A stretch of DNA of 64,000 bases from Chrysomallon squamiferum (taxonomy: Eukaryota; Animalia; Mollusca), in contig CM022670.1 in assembly GCA_012295275.1 (NCBI GenBank), positions 5,146,001 through 5,210,000 on the forward strand. The letters are read 5' to 3'. Positions 1 to 13,958 of the stretch are shown piece after piece. The position numbers were made by a program, and so were the translations under genes. Position 1 is the first letter of the stretch. Each line of letters begins with the position of its first letter. A model generated the notes under the pieces. That model saw only the letters and a program-made list of their open reading frames with translations, ran no database searches and had not been told where the DNA came from.

Positions 1-205
1 TTCTTACTCTGTGCTGTGTACAAACACACTTATACGTGTGTATCTTTGAAAACAGGCACTTGATACTGCAGTGTTTGCGTTTTGATAAATGGCCACTCGG
101 TTTCCTGTTTGTTTTGTTCCTTGACGTGTGATTGTGTGTGTGTCATAGTTAACAGATGGTGATTTGAGTGAGAAATTATTATTATTATTATTATCATTTG
201 ACAGT

Positions 206-206
<1 letters not shown>

Positions 207-281
<75 letters not shown>

Positions 282-560
282 ATATTTGCATCATGTCTTA
301 AGTATTTTTGTTGCTTTATACATATAATACTTACATATATGGATAGATATATTATATCTTCACATGTATACATACACACACACACACGCATGCATATACA
401 TACAAATATACATAATACACATACATGTACACATACATATAATACATAAACATATAGATGCACATACACATATAAATATATACATACATACATACATATA
501 TACAACTATATACATATGTACGTACGTCAGTACATACACACATACATTCACACATACGTA
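207..560. repeat. (TATC)n microsatellite followed by a degenerate (TACA/CA)n tract
   Basis: Direct inspection; explains the ORFs in 168-642. Confidence 0.95.
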
Positions 561-1516
561 CGTACCACTAGGCTTCTGTTTGTCAGTGTCTGTTTATATG
601 TTTGACTGTTTTCTTTCTGTCTCTCTGACTTTCTGTATATAAAATCTCAACCTATTTTTTGTCCAGAGGTGATCAAAAAATGCACAATAGCTTCTAACAG
701 ATTACTGTATCCGGTTCACAGTCATCTCCAAACTGTATGACGGATATTTCAAACCAACGCTTTGTACCTGTTTGATCTATGACATTTAAAAACTTACTGT
801 GAAAAAGGGCTGCTTGTTTTGTTTACAAATACAGTAATAAAAATGACTGGGTTAATTCAGCCTGTTGAATGTTGATAGATATTTTGTTTGTTTAAAGCTA
901 AATAGACGAATCAAAAAATTAAAATTAAAATAATAAAACTGGTAATTTCACTCAAACGGAGAAGGCCCTGACTATTTTCTGAAATGACTGGAACAAAATT
1001 ACTTTTCGAGCGATGTCAAATTTAATGTGGCACTTCCTATTTTTTCTTTTTTTTTTTTTTTTTTTTTTGGTGGATTTTGAAAGTTTGGTTTAAAGAGTAC
1101 ATTATGTTTTTACCGTTATTTGCGTTATTAAAAATCTGTTATGTTTAAAAACTGGTGGAATGTCAAAGATTTAAAAATAAAATAAAATAGAATAAAATAA
1201 AATAAATGAAAATAAAATAAAATAAATGAAAATAAAATAAAATAAAATAAAAAAAATTTAAACAATAAAAATAAGTTTACCAGTACTTACAGAAATAAAA
1301 ATTGAACTTACTTACTTGGATTAAAAATATACTGCTCTCTTCAATTTTTAAAATTATTTTTATTGCGGCGAATGTTTGCTGATAATAAAGTATCAAAATA
1401 ATATTCAGCAGTATAAGACATCAAGTCTTAGAAAGAAAATAGGAAAAAAAAAACTTTTTTTTTAAAAAATAGTTTTGGTGTTCGCTGGTTTCTTTGTTTG
1501 TTTGCTTATTTTTTTT

Positions 1517-1576
<60 letters not shown>

Positions 1577-1781
1577 TTTTTTTTTAGCTTCACTTTGCTT
1601 TATATTACTTTAATTATTTCATGCAAACTAAATCTCTCATTCCGACTAACGTTGGTTTTCTAGGAATCGCTATGTCAGTAGACACAAAACAGATCTCAGT
1701 TACGGAGAGTGAATTCATTTCGTATAAATAAAATTCTTCTTTTTCCAACGTACTGACATTACAGTCTACTAACAAATAATT

Positions 1782-1889
<108 letters not shown>

Positions 1890-2164
1890 ATGCTGCAACA
1901 CGAGCTGCTACAGCATAAAACTAGTAACTTCTGATACAAAATTAAATCGTTCCAGACAACAGTAAAGGTACGACAGGAGACCAGTGCAGTGCAGACGTGT
2001 TTATTTTTGTATCTGTGGAAGGAACAATTGTTTTATTTTACGACTAACAGTATGCATTTTGTATTGTTGTTGTTGTTGTTTTCGTTTGAAATATCGATAA
2101 GAAAATGCATTTTTGATCAACGGTTATATGGCGTCATACATATGTCTAAAGTTTATGGAGGTAA

Positions 2165-2340
2165 TGAAAAAGAAAATCTCTTAAATTAATGGGCTATTGT
2201 TATAGCTTTAACAGCAAGAAGGTACTTTATATTTTACCTTCCCACAGACAAAAACTATCTGGATCGGGAAATAATCAACTAAAAGAAACGGATAGGATTG
2301 ACCTTTCGATCAACTACGCCTCGGTCCAGCGCATACACCC
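2165..2340 (-). mobile_element. Decayed copy of the same SINE-like family
   Basis: The reverse complement contains TCAATCCT, TTATTTCCCGATCCA, TGTCTGTGGGAAGGTAAAATATAAAGTACCTTCTTGCTG and AATAGCCCAT in the same order as in other copies. Confidence 0.55.
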
Positions 2341-5190
2341 CATTCCTTCGTATTCGATACTTCTTCCTCCCAACAATGCTTTTTTATTTTCTGGATGATT
2401 TAGCACTTCACATATAAAACCATCTCAGCCCTATTAATATTCTGTACATCGAGTGTCGGGTATCTAGTGAACAATAACAGCACCAGACAGGATTTGATCC
2501 TCACAATATACGCGTCTTATCTTCCTCTTTAATTCAATGGCCGTTTAATCCAGGCAACAAAATCCCACTCGACGAAGGTATCCCAGCGTACCTTAAGGCA
2601 CGATTGGAAACTCCCAGATCATTTAGTTCAAGTACACTTTGTGTGGTCTCCATCAAGGTGGTATGAAGTTCTGTGTTTTCAGAGAACCGGGATCGCTACC
2701 CAATAGCGAACTAAACATTAAGCTATATAACTTATGTAAGCAAAGATATAGAGATGTATGTAAATACTTGTGTATATAAATACACATACTATAGACAAAG
2801 CAGATATAGCCACAGAGTAATGCATATGTCGATCGTGTAGACTTATAGTTATGTATATTCATATCAACTCTTTTTGCATTAGCGAGGATTGATGGTCATA
2901 AATTTTATAAGTGAATAAAATCGAAATGTAACACCAATGAATGAAAAAGCGTTTAACACCACTCAAAATCATTTTAATATTAACTGTTACTAGGTTTCAG
3001 TATAATAATGACACGAAGGAGAAAAAATCCGCTGCCAGCAAATGGACTACTCTTTTCCATTACCACCAATCGATCTTATATATCTACTTTTCTACAGCCT
3101 TGAAAACATATACCATGGCCATAAATCAGTTAAGAGGCAATGACTGGAATTGGAAATAGTCATTAAAGCAAACCCTAACCATAATTTGTTTTTTCTTTTT
3201 AATAGATGTAGAAGTCAGTATTAAATTTTACGATGACTTGCGTTTTTTTTCTTCTTAATCTTCAATCAAAAAATTAATCTAATTCTGTGTTATATACACA
3301 TAATATATATATATATATAGCATATAAAGTATTCATTACATGCAGTTTGCGTATAACGTAATCACCATGTGTTGTATAAATAACATATAAATTATACGGA
3401 GACAGTTTGCAATAGAAATTACACGGAGAAGGTTGATTTTGTTCACAATGAACTCCTCTGGTGCACAGTCAGTGATCAGTGTTAGCCGCTGCACTGACAA
3501 GAAAGACAGAAAATGCAGCTGCAATGAAGCCACGCTTATCACACAGTCTGATCAGGTGCAGTGAAGGTATGCTGTCACCCATCCCTGAATTACATTAACT
3601 TGCAGAAACGAGACATGAATGTGTTTTGTCCTTGTCTCTTTGCTTAGAACACACTGATCTAATGATACACAGAAAATGTATGAAACGTTTAAGCATGCCG
3701 AACAGTCGGAGATGCTGTGATCATAATAAGTGTTGACTTGCATTTTTATAATTAATGCGGACAGCCGTTACGTACTCCTTTCAGAAACTGTTTATATGTC
3801 TGACGAATTCTCTCTTTCTTTGATGTTTATTCTCTCTATGTATACACATTGTATCTGTGTGTCATTTTCTCTCAGTGTGTTCTGTTTCTCTGTCTGTCTA
3901 TCTGTACATCCGTTTTTCTATTCATCTATCTTTTATCTGTTTATATATCTATCTATCTATTTAACTATATCAATTTTTTTGTCTGTATATCTCTCTATCT
4001 ATCTGTCTAACTCTGTATCTATCTATTTAATCTATCTTTATATATATATATATCGATCTCTATATCTATTTATCTATCTGTTCATCTATCTGTCTATCTC
4101 TTCCTCCTTAAGAAAAGTTCATCCTTGATACCTCGAGGTGTCATACTAAATGACTGGAAGAGAGTTTTCACTTACAAACAACAATACCAGTTTTCAAATA
4201 AAAGTAATGGTTAAAATAAAGGTACAAAACTACATTGTCACTAAAACTGGGCACTGTCATAACTTTATTTTCTCAGCTGCTGTGATTTATTCTTAGAAAA
4301 AAAACATGAATTAAACAAATTTTTCATTTCTTTCGTTCGCCGTATGACAGACATACTACGACAATGATGATGACGACTATAACGATAGTGATAGTCATGA
4401 TTATGGTAATGAATAATAATAATAATAATCACAACAACAACAATAACAACAGTAATAATAATAATTACAATATTATTATTATTATTATTATTATGACGAT
4501 GCTGTTTATGTTAATGATGTTGTTGACGAGTATGAAGATGAAACGACAGCAGATGACTCACACTTGCATCTAAAACATCATTAAAGATAGCCTCTGTTTC
4601 GTTCGCCTTGCAGTGACTCATCCGAACCCATCAGTTTTTACAAACTCATGTCCGCTACTGTTTTATTAGTCTCTCCTTCCTCCCCCGTGTTCACACAGCA
4701 TACCTTCAGCGTCTGGTTGTTTACGTGTTAAACACCGTATAATGGTGTTACGCCATTTTATTTCATTGATAAACAAACAAACTCGCTGTTGTCGTAATGT
4801 ACGTAGGTTTTGCCAGTGACGCACTGTTTCCTCGGTCCTGCCTCGTCTAGCCTGCTTAACGCGTGTGTGCGATTGTACACTTCTTAGATGATTCTGAATT
4901 TTTCAAAAGAAAACGAATTAACCGTCAAATTAGTTACCGTGACTGAGACCAGCTCACATTACGGGGAGGTCAGAAATTTCTGGTCATTTCTTCTTCTACG
5001 CAAGAAACTTGAAGTTGTGTGTAAATACAAATTTCTTTACGACGGCTTTTCAATAACATATCTGTAGGCAAGTGACGACAGAGCGTCCATTGTAATGTAG
5101 TCGGTCGCACTACACGGAAAAACAACAACAACAACAACAACAACAACATAAGTAACGAAATGTCAACAGACCGACGGGTATTATTATGGG

Positions 5191-5476
5191 CTTAACGTAT
5201 CAAAACGAAAATGACTACAATAAAACGTATCAAAACGAAAATAACTACGATAACGCGTATCAAAAGGAAAATTACTACGATAACACGTAACAAAACGAAA
5301 ATAACTACGATAACACGTATCAAAACGAAAATGACTACGATAACACGTATCAAAACGAAAATAACTACGATAACACGTATCAAAACGAAAATTACTACGA
5401 TAACACGTAACAAAACGAAAATGACTACAATAACACGTATCAAAACGAAAATTACTACGATAACACGTATCAAAAA
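5191..5476. repeat. 30-bp minisatellite, about 9.5 copies (TAACACGTATCAAAACGAAAATAACTACGA)
   Basis: Units start at 5221, 5251, 5281 ... 5461 with only a few substitutions each and no spacers. Confidence 0.97.
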
Positions 5477-7013
5477 CGTAAACAGTAGGATTGTTTTAAA
5501 ATGTCCAATTTTTTATGAAAAGTATTCAGAGAAAAGAGTCAAACAGACACAAATGAAGATGTACAATAATTATGCCTCGGAAGTATTTGATTACAGTATG
5601 CTATGCTTTCTTAAAGTGCGCACATGCAACTGTGTGTGTGTGTGGGTGTGCGTGCGTGTGTCCATCTTTTTTATAATTTTTTCTGTTTGTTTTCGAACTG
5701 AATACTTAATCTAATAAGATTTTTTGTTTTAAATTGATTTACCCAAAACCAACCTAAATCTAATTTTCATTATGACTACAATTATTATTAATTCATTTTA
5801 AAACGTATATTTTAGCATTTCTAACAATTTTTAATGTAATTTTTATTTCAGAATGCTTCTTAAATTATGATATTTTGTTAACAATTTAAAAAAAAAAAAA
5901 AAAGAAGTCTTTATCGAGATGTCATAAATAGCAATGATAAGTAAGTTTATAATCCGTTGCATTTTAATCTCAGTGCTGGAAATAGTACGTATCCTAGCAA
6001 CCATTCAGTCACGCGTGTCACAAATTGGATTAACAGGTTTTCACAGTACACTTTATTCTTTCATTGCATAAATCCCATGCAAGTTTAATGAATAAATTTA
6101 AAATTTTCAAGTGGTTCTTGCTTAGTGAAAGCCACTTTTCTGGTACCATTTGAACAAACGAAAAAAGTGGAGTTAGGTTTTGCATTGAAGAATATTTTAA
6201 ATATTTTTTTTCATTGTTACAACATGCTTTGTCATATTACTCAATATGAAGGTATTTGGTGAACGTGCTTTTGTATAGTTACAAGATGTGTGAATGTGAG
6301 TCTGTAGGCTCTGTACGTAGGAATGAAATGTTCTGATTAGTCTGCACGGAGACAATATTGTGGAACGCAGTGGCACAGAAAGCCGAATTCCACTACGCCG
6401 CTGAACAGACTCGAACGTACGGCGCCCGTTCGCCATCACTCAAGGTGAAGATACGACCATGCCACGAAGAAAACTATGTAGCGTATGAATGTGTGTATGT
6501 AGTTCGTACACGTGTGTTTATTCATAAATGTACGTGCATCTGTGTTTATGTACATATTTAGGTAAGTGTGCATGTACGAATGTACATATGTATGTTTGTA
6601 CTAAGACAAACATGCAGACATGACATATATAGTATGTTTTTAAAATGTGTCAATAAATTAAAGTGTAAAAATGGACGCAGCTGTATTTAAAAGAAATTTA
6701 ATTAAAAAAACAAGAAAACAAAATCAAAAACATTCGAAACAGTGCACTGTGATAACCGTTGTTTAACTAACAAAATCTGTTTAAGAATGGCGACCCTAAA
6801 TTGTATTCCACTGTCACACCTAAACGACACTTCTGCATTTAAAAGATACTCCAAGCTTAAAGGCCTGAAAAAGAAAGCACAGAGTTTATTTATACCTTTT
6901 TAATTTATTTTGTGGTAATAAATAAATAAATAAATTAAAAATTACCAAAGAAAAATGATTCTGGTTCTCAGCATATATATATATAATTATAGCACAAAAT
7001 AATGAAACAGAAG

Positions 7014-7053
<40 letters not shown>

Positions 7054-9025
7054 AAGTATAAAGAAAACGAAAAATAAAATGTTAATCCCCCTTGACCCAA
7101 TAATCAGAGCGACTTTATTTTTTTTAATTTTTTTAATTCTCGTCCACTCCCACGTACAAGTTGTAATCTTGTAAATAGGCCATCCCACAGACAGTACATT
7201 CTTCTTGGTAAGTAGATAAACAGTCGGCGCGGAACAGGTATGTAAAATTATGACCTTCAGGTATAAACGCTCCCTCTACTTGTTATACCTGAAAAGGAAA
7301 ATAACACTAGAAATTCACTGCAATCCCTTGCAGTAAAAATCTCGATCAGTGTTAGCGAGAATTATGTTAAATAAACAGGTATAACTACCTCGCATGTTTT
7401 GATAGTGATAAAGAGTACATTTTTCACGGAGTGGCATGTATTAATTATTATGCGTAATGTTGGAAAGAGTCACTGGATGAAGGGAATATTGATGAATCAG
7501 TGTATGAATTAATTAATGAACGAATGAATAGTTCATGGATAAATAAGCGATAAAAGAATGGATGAATGAATTAATGAATTAATCAATGAGTAGATGAAGA
7601 AATGAATGTATTGGCATACTGGTTGGAACAGGAAGGATGTAATGCAACAGGCTGAAGAAAAGAGAGAAGAGAGAAATAATTTAGTCTTACAATTATCTTA
7701 ATAATTATAATTAATTATAATATCATTTGCAGGTAAGAGCAACATTTTTCATCGAGGGTATTGCACGGAAATTATAACCATTTAAAACCCGAGTTTCTGA
7801 GACGAATCTCGTTTTATAATTTGTCACGTATTCTTTCTCCTTGCCGGAGACTGTTATTTTCAATAATATTTAAAAAAAATTCTCTCGCAGTTTGATGCAG
7901 CAACATGTCTGTTGTATCTCTGAAACTTAACAAATTTTATTTTAATTTATACAAGAGAAAAAAATGAAAGATTACTAAAGAAAGAGTGAAACAAAAAGAA
8001 CTGTAAAAAGAAAATGAATAGAAGTTAATTCTAACCTAATTAGAACAAGTTCACGACCCGTATGGTCGTATCCATTAACATATTTAATAAAACAAATGTA
8101 ATTTTATTTAATACATTTATTTATTTTGTATAGAAGGTTTTCCTGGATATGATTGAAAATTTTTTTTCAAAATTGATTATATTCAAATTGTCCCCATCAC
8201 ACAGGGAAATATTGGCTTATTGATGATCAGTGTAAAGTTTATTTATTTTGTTGACTTAGTTTATTTGATTCATCTGCATTACAAATACAGAGCGATATTT
8301 AATTTATTTTTTGGATTACAGTTCTAAATTCCCAAAACATGTTTATCACTCGAACACTGAAGTCAAGTACAAAATTTTAAATAAGAAAAAAAAATATTAC
8401 TAAAGAATAAAACGAAAACAAAAGAGGTTAGAAAAAACATAAAAGAAATTGAATGACGAAGTGTAAAAAAAAAACAAACAGAAACTTAAAAAAAAAAAAA
8501 CATTAAAAAAAATCCGAGGTTAGAAGAAATAATTGAAAACCAAGCCATTGAGGTGACATTTTTATTAATTTAAGAACCAAATTATAATCTACTGGGCTCG
8601 TAAACTGCAAACTAACTGATATTATTATGTGTGGTTCAAGTCGAGTACACTGGGCTTACAAAACACTACTCGTGCTAAATCCATAATTATACAAGCGTTC
8701 TGGATGTTCATTCTATTATTACTGTTGCTGTTGTTGCTGTTGTTGACACCGTTGTTGCATTATAAATACTACATTAATTTTATAATCTTCATCAGTGTTA
8801 CTGTTTTTGTTCTTTTTCTTCCCATTCTTCTTCTTTTATTATTTTTGTTTCAAATAATTTTGTTGCTGTAATTATTTGTCTTCTTATTACGTTTATTTTA
8901 TTTTATTTAATAATGTTCTTATGCAGTTGCATCAAACATATTACGAATCACCGTAACCTGCAGTAATACTCTTCTATTAGTATTCGTTTATAATCATATT
9001 TTCCAATTCATCTATACTGTATAAT

Positions 9026-9105
9026 CGGGTTTCCTCTCATTAAAGAGGCCATTAAAAACGTGTTAAGTGCGTCATTGAATAAAACATTTCTTACTTTCTT
9101 TCCTC
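9026..9105 (+). mobile_element. Probable 3' end fragment of the SINE-like family
   Basis: CGGGTTTCCTCTC (cf. GCGGGTTTCCCCTC at ~58715) followed by GTGTTAAGTGCGTCATTGAATAAAACATTTC and a TC-rich tail. Confidence 0.4.
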
Positions 9106-9489
9106 TATCGTAACTTGCTGGTTAAGCAACTGGTATTAGAAACTGTACGTTATGCGTTCGCGACTAAGTAGTGGAATCTGCTGCAGCTAATTGAAGACGT
9201 AAGATTGCACGTTTGTTAGAACTAATCCTCTAATACACCAACAGTGACTTGATTCGTTTGCCCTAGGCGTATATGCTTGAGCCTTCAGTGACTCTAAGTA
9301 CGTTTCAAATGACTGATTAATTGAAATCTAGCACACGCCAAAGTGATGAGAAAAACAACAACATAGATAGATGTGAAAGTAGAAGTAAAAACAGTTTGTG
9401 ATATCATTAAAACTGTTTTATCTTTCTCTTTATCTCAAAAGCAGCTACGATTTTTTTTATTTTTTTTTTTTTTTTTTTTATATAACACA

Positions 9490-9682
9490 GATCTGATTTT
9501 ATACTTAATTTTAATTTTAGTATCTCTGTTTTCATTTTAGTATCTGAGTTTTGATTTTAGTATCTGAATTCTGCTTTTATTATCTAAGATCTGATTTTTT
9601 TAACCTTAGCTCTGATTTGAGTATCTTAGTTCTATATTTTTGTATGTTTGTTCTGATTTTAGTATCTGAGTTCTAATTTCAG
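9490..9682. repeat. Degenerate ~20-bp tandem repeat (TATCTGAGTTCTGATTTTAG-like), about 9 copies
   Basis: TTTTAGTATCT / TCTGATTTT recurs at about 20-bp spacing. Confidence 0.8.
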
Positions 9683-9741
9683 GACGTCAGACGGTATCGT
9701 GTTATATGGATTTCGATTCTGTGGTACAGCTATGTTAGTTT

Positions 9742-9959
<218 letters not shown>

Positions 9960-10294
9960 ACGCAAACACACCAATAAACTGTTTCCACTTAGACTATTGG
10001 CATGAACTATTTCAATGAGACCCAAAGCCTGAGGAAATGCCTGCGAGCTCATTACAAGATCAAAACTCTCGAGACATCCAGTGAGATCGGTAACGTGCTC
10101 TGTTTCGTGTTTCTTTCATTGTCCAGACATCTTGACCAGACTCGTACACGAGTCTCATTCATCATATTAGCTGTCAGATACTTTTTTTTTTTACACCAGA
10201 ACTGTAAACTGTAGCCTCTGGTCAGCTGCTACCTAATTTACTGATGCTACGTGTAAACTAACACGTTCTCTCCAATAAACCGCGTTTTAGAGAC

Positions 10295-10335
<41 letters not shown>

Positions 10336-10935
10336 CATGAAAATCTTACATAAATTAGTTTTTATTTCATTTGACTGTATATACATGTGTGTGGTGTGAG
10401 TGTATGTATGCAGGAATGTGTGTTTATGTATGGAATGTATGTATTTATGTCTGTCTGTCTGTATGTATGTATATATCTATTATTTTCTTTTGTAAACGTA
10501 TTTTCATCTATGAATAATTATAAAAAAAGGTTTCGTGAATTTCTGCTGAACGATATGAAAAGCTTCGCTGTTATTGATAATCACAGCAAATTTATAGTGA
10601 TTAATTAATAACTGACAAAATTATTACTTGTACAGAACATTGATCAATTCTGGAATATAACAGAAATTTCTCATATAGTCTAACATTATGTAGCAATTAT
10701 ATTTGCTTTACTGCAGAGAATAATGGTATCTGGTTCCTTGAAGAAACTGTCATAAAAAAAATAACCTTATCAGCTCTAAACTATTACACAGGCCGTCTTT
10801 TTTGTAATAGAAAACCAAAGTCAGGGGCGGTTCCAGGATATGTGAAAAGGTGATGGGGTGGTCACCGTGGCAAATACAGATTCCAAGATCAAACTGTTTA
10901 CTATGCCGAAAAATTATTTTTATAACATTTAGTTA

Positions 10936-10969
<34 letters not shown>

Positions 10970-11771
10970 ATAATAATAATAATATATATCAAAAACTAAA
11001 GATAAACTAATGGTGCTCCCTATTCTAATATCTGTATTCGCGATGGTCAGATTAGTACAACTAAAAAATTCATTAACATGGTGTCAAGATCAGGTATTTC
11101 AGTTCGTCCAGTGCTACGCCCACGGCCGAAAATCCATGTTCACCTGCATGCGGGTTTCTTCCTACGACAATCTCGTGTCATTATCTCACTTAATCCTAAT
11201 CCTTATTATCAAGCAGCTCCTGGTGCCCATCTCTGTGTCGTGGAAAGAAAAATAATTGCAGATTAGTGAGGTCGGACGATCCGGGCTACGTAGCTGGCTG
11301 CCCACGGCTCGTACTAATAATGTGGTTTGTTTTTACGACGTGTGAAACCTAATCGGACAAACAATGAAAAAAAAAAAAAAAAAAAAGGAGAAACAGACGA
11401 GTTGGACACTCCTAAGTGACATGGGTCTGTGGGTTATAATCACAGGAAAGAATTCTGCTGTTTTTTTCTTGAACGTATTCAGCGAAGAAGAAAAAAAGGA
11501 AGGGTTATTACCACTGGCGAAAGTAAAATTTTAAATTTGTTTTCGTACTCGTTTTGACATTCCTGGGTTGACTTTTAGGATGTGGTCATCGCCAAAGGGG
11601 ACAGGTGAAGGGGAAGAGAAGAGATCAAAGGACAGGAAATGGTCGAAAGAGGAACGAGAAGAAGAGAGGAAGTTTGGGAATAGAAAGAAGGAAGTGAGAA
11701 AGAAGAAAGAATGAGAGGAAGAGAAATTAAGACAAACTCAATTTAATTTTAAACGAAATACGAAAATGTGC

Positions 11772-11854
<83 letters not shown>
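11772..11854. repeat. (AG)n microsatellite
   Basis: Direct inspection. Confidence 0.97.
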
Positions 11855-11855
<1 letters not shown>

Positions 11856-13477
11856 GGACGGAGAGAAATACACAGAGAAAGAAAAAGAGAGATACGTCAT
11901 ATAGCAAGAGTTCAGACAAAAGATGTGACTTCAACTGCTTTCGCTATTTTTTTCTTAATCTTTTGGCCCCGAGACGCAAAAGTAAAGAAAAAAGTGACAG
12001 ACTGACAAGAACAAAACGTGTCAGTGTAATCCCGACTTAATACACGGGTCACTTCAGACACGCTGACCCAGGGTGACTTGTCCTTAGCAAGTTAACCAAG
12101 TGGACTTGCCACAGTCTGGTCTGGACCTATCTACAACACATAACTCGTCCTTAGCTATTTATTTTAATCCATCCGAACGTACGTGTAGCAGTTTGAAAAT
12201 GTTTACGACAAAATTCTGAGTGATTTATTATTATCAATTAATTAACACGGTTTTGCTGTTCTGTCTACCGTAACCCGGTCTGGAAGTGTTTACGACATGC
12301 ATCATCCTTAATTAATGCACGCTCTGTTGTCGGATTAGTCTAATTTTAAGGATAATACGTAAGAATTAGTAAATCCCCCGATGAGTGATCTGTAAATAAT
12401 AAAATTTAACCGTATAAGCTGACATCTGTTTACGACACATACTGATTACTCAGCCAGGTGCGAAATAAACACCTGGATAAAAACAGATTTTGAAACTAAG
12501 GAAAATAAGGAAAATAACAATAGAAAGTGACGCATTGTGTTTTTTTTTTTTTTTTTTTTTTTTTTTTTCAAATGGTAGCATTATATTTTTAGTATGGTCG
12601 TGGTAGTAGTAGTAGTAGTGTTGTTTTTGCTGAGTTATGGTAGTAATGATGGTAGTAGACATAAATATTTACACAATGAAATAGCCAAATGTAAAAGTTA
12701 TTTATAACATTATTTACAAACTGCAGCCGTTAAAACCTCTGAAACTTAAAACTTCAGTAAATCTAAATCTACAAAATGAAAATCTTCATCTGTTTATTAA
12801 GACTAGACACAGATTTCCTTTTCTTTCACCTTTTTATTTTTTGAAATTATTTTCTTTTTTCTGTTTCTTTCTTTCTTTCTTTCTTTCTCTCTGTTAGAAT
12901 TAGCATTAATTCTCACACTTGACTCCAGATGTCTAAGTTGATAATCTCCATCAAACGCAAACCCAATTCACTCACCGAGACCAGATTTCACGATTAATTT
13001 GTATTAACTCATTTACTTGTTTTCCAATCACGTGGGGAATTAGTCTGTGGGAAGAAAGCGAGCTAATTAGACACAGCAGAAAAGCAAACAGTTTAATCTG
13101 CGGAAATATCAGCGTGAAGTGCGTTGAAGAAAACTCGCTGCGAGATCTGGGTGCAGTTAACATGACGTAATGGTCAGCGGTAGAGCTGGAAACATGCGGA
13201 GAGAGAAGAGATCCCAGTTGTTAGTTCGTGTGTGTGGTTTTGCTTATCGCTCGTGAAGATGTTAGGCTCGGAATGCAAGGAAATGAGATACTGCCGCAGT
13301 GATAGAATGGTTCTGGGAAACGTCTTCGATCGTTGTGCTTGATAATGATCGAGAGATAGTTGAGTTTGTATGTGTGATGGTGTGCGTGCTTGAGTTTGTG
13401 TGTGTGTACATATATATGTGTGTGTGTGATGGTGTGTAAAAAAGATAAACACTATACTGAAAGAGAAATTAATTCCA

Positions 13478-13480
<3 letters not shown>

Positions 13481-13551
<71 letters not shown>
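13481..13551. repeat. (AG)n microsatellite
   Basis: Direct inspection. Confidence 0.97.
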
Positions 13552-13553
<2 letters not shown>

Positions 13554-13888
13554 CAGTGCAATTAAAATGATTAATAGTAAGTAGTTGTATTTGCATGGTG
13601 TCAGTAATGGTAGCTGTCGTAGTACTGATGTTAGTAATCTGGTGGTTATGGTGATGTTTGCCGACATTTAAAAATATTTCAATTTCGAAAATAAATAAAA
13701 TACATGGTAAACAGAATTTTGTCTTCAATTTTACGATTGTGAAATTTGACGACCAAAGAAATCAAAATAAGAATGCTTCTGGCTGCCAGCGTCCAGGTAA
13801 ATAATCTCGTCTGAAAACAGCAATGATTTACACGTCAAATAAAGAACCTTCATACCACATAACTGATGTCGTTGTTATTATAGTATCT

Positions 13889-13917
13889 ATGTATATACAT
13901 GTGTGTGTGTGTGTGTG

Positions 13918-13958
<41 letters not shown>

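Noticed and set aside
5191-5476. 30-bp repeat as a CRISPR array
   Set aside because: Units are head-to-tail with no unique spacers, there are no cas genes, and the DNA is eukaryotic.
5211-5714. 167-aa ORF as a real gene
   Set aside because: The open frame is produced by the minisatellite; the remainder is low-complexity with no motif.
10822-11240. CAGGGGCGGTTCCAGGA resembling the terminus of a MITE
   Set aside because: No convincing matching inverted terminus or target-site duplication was found (best is a poor match near 11219).
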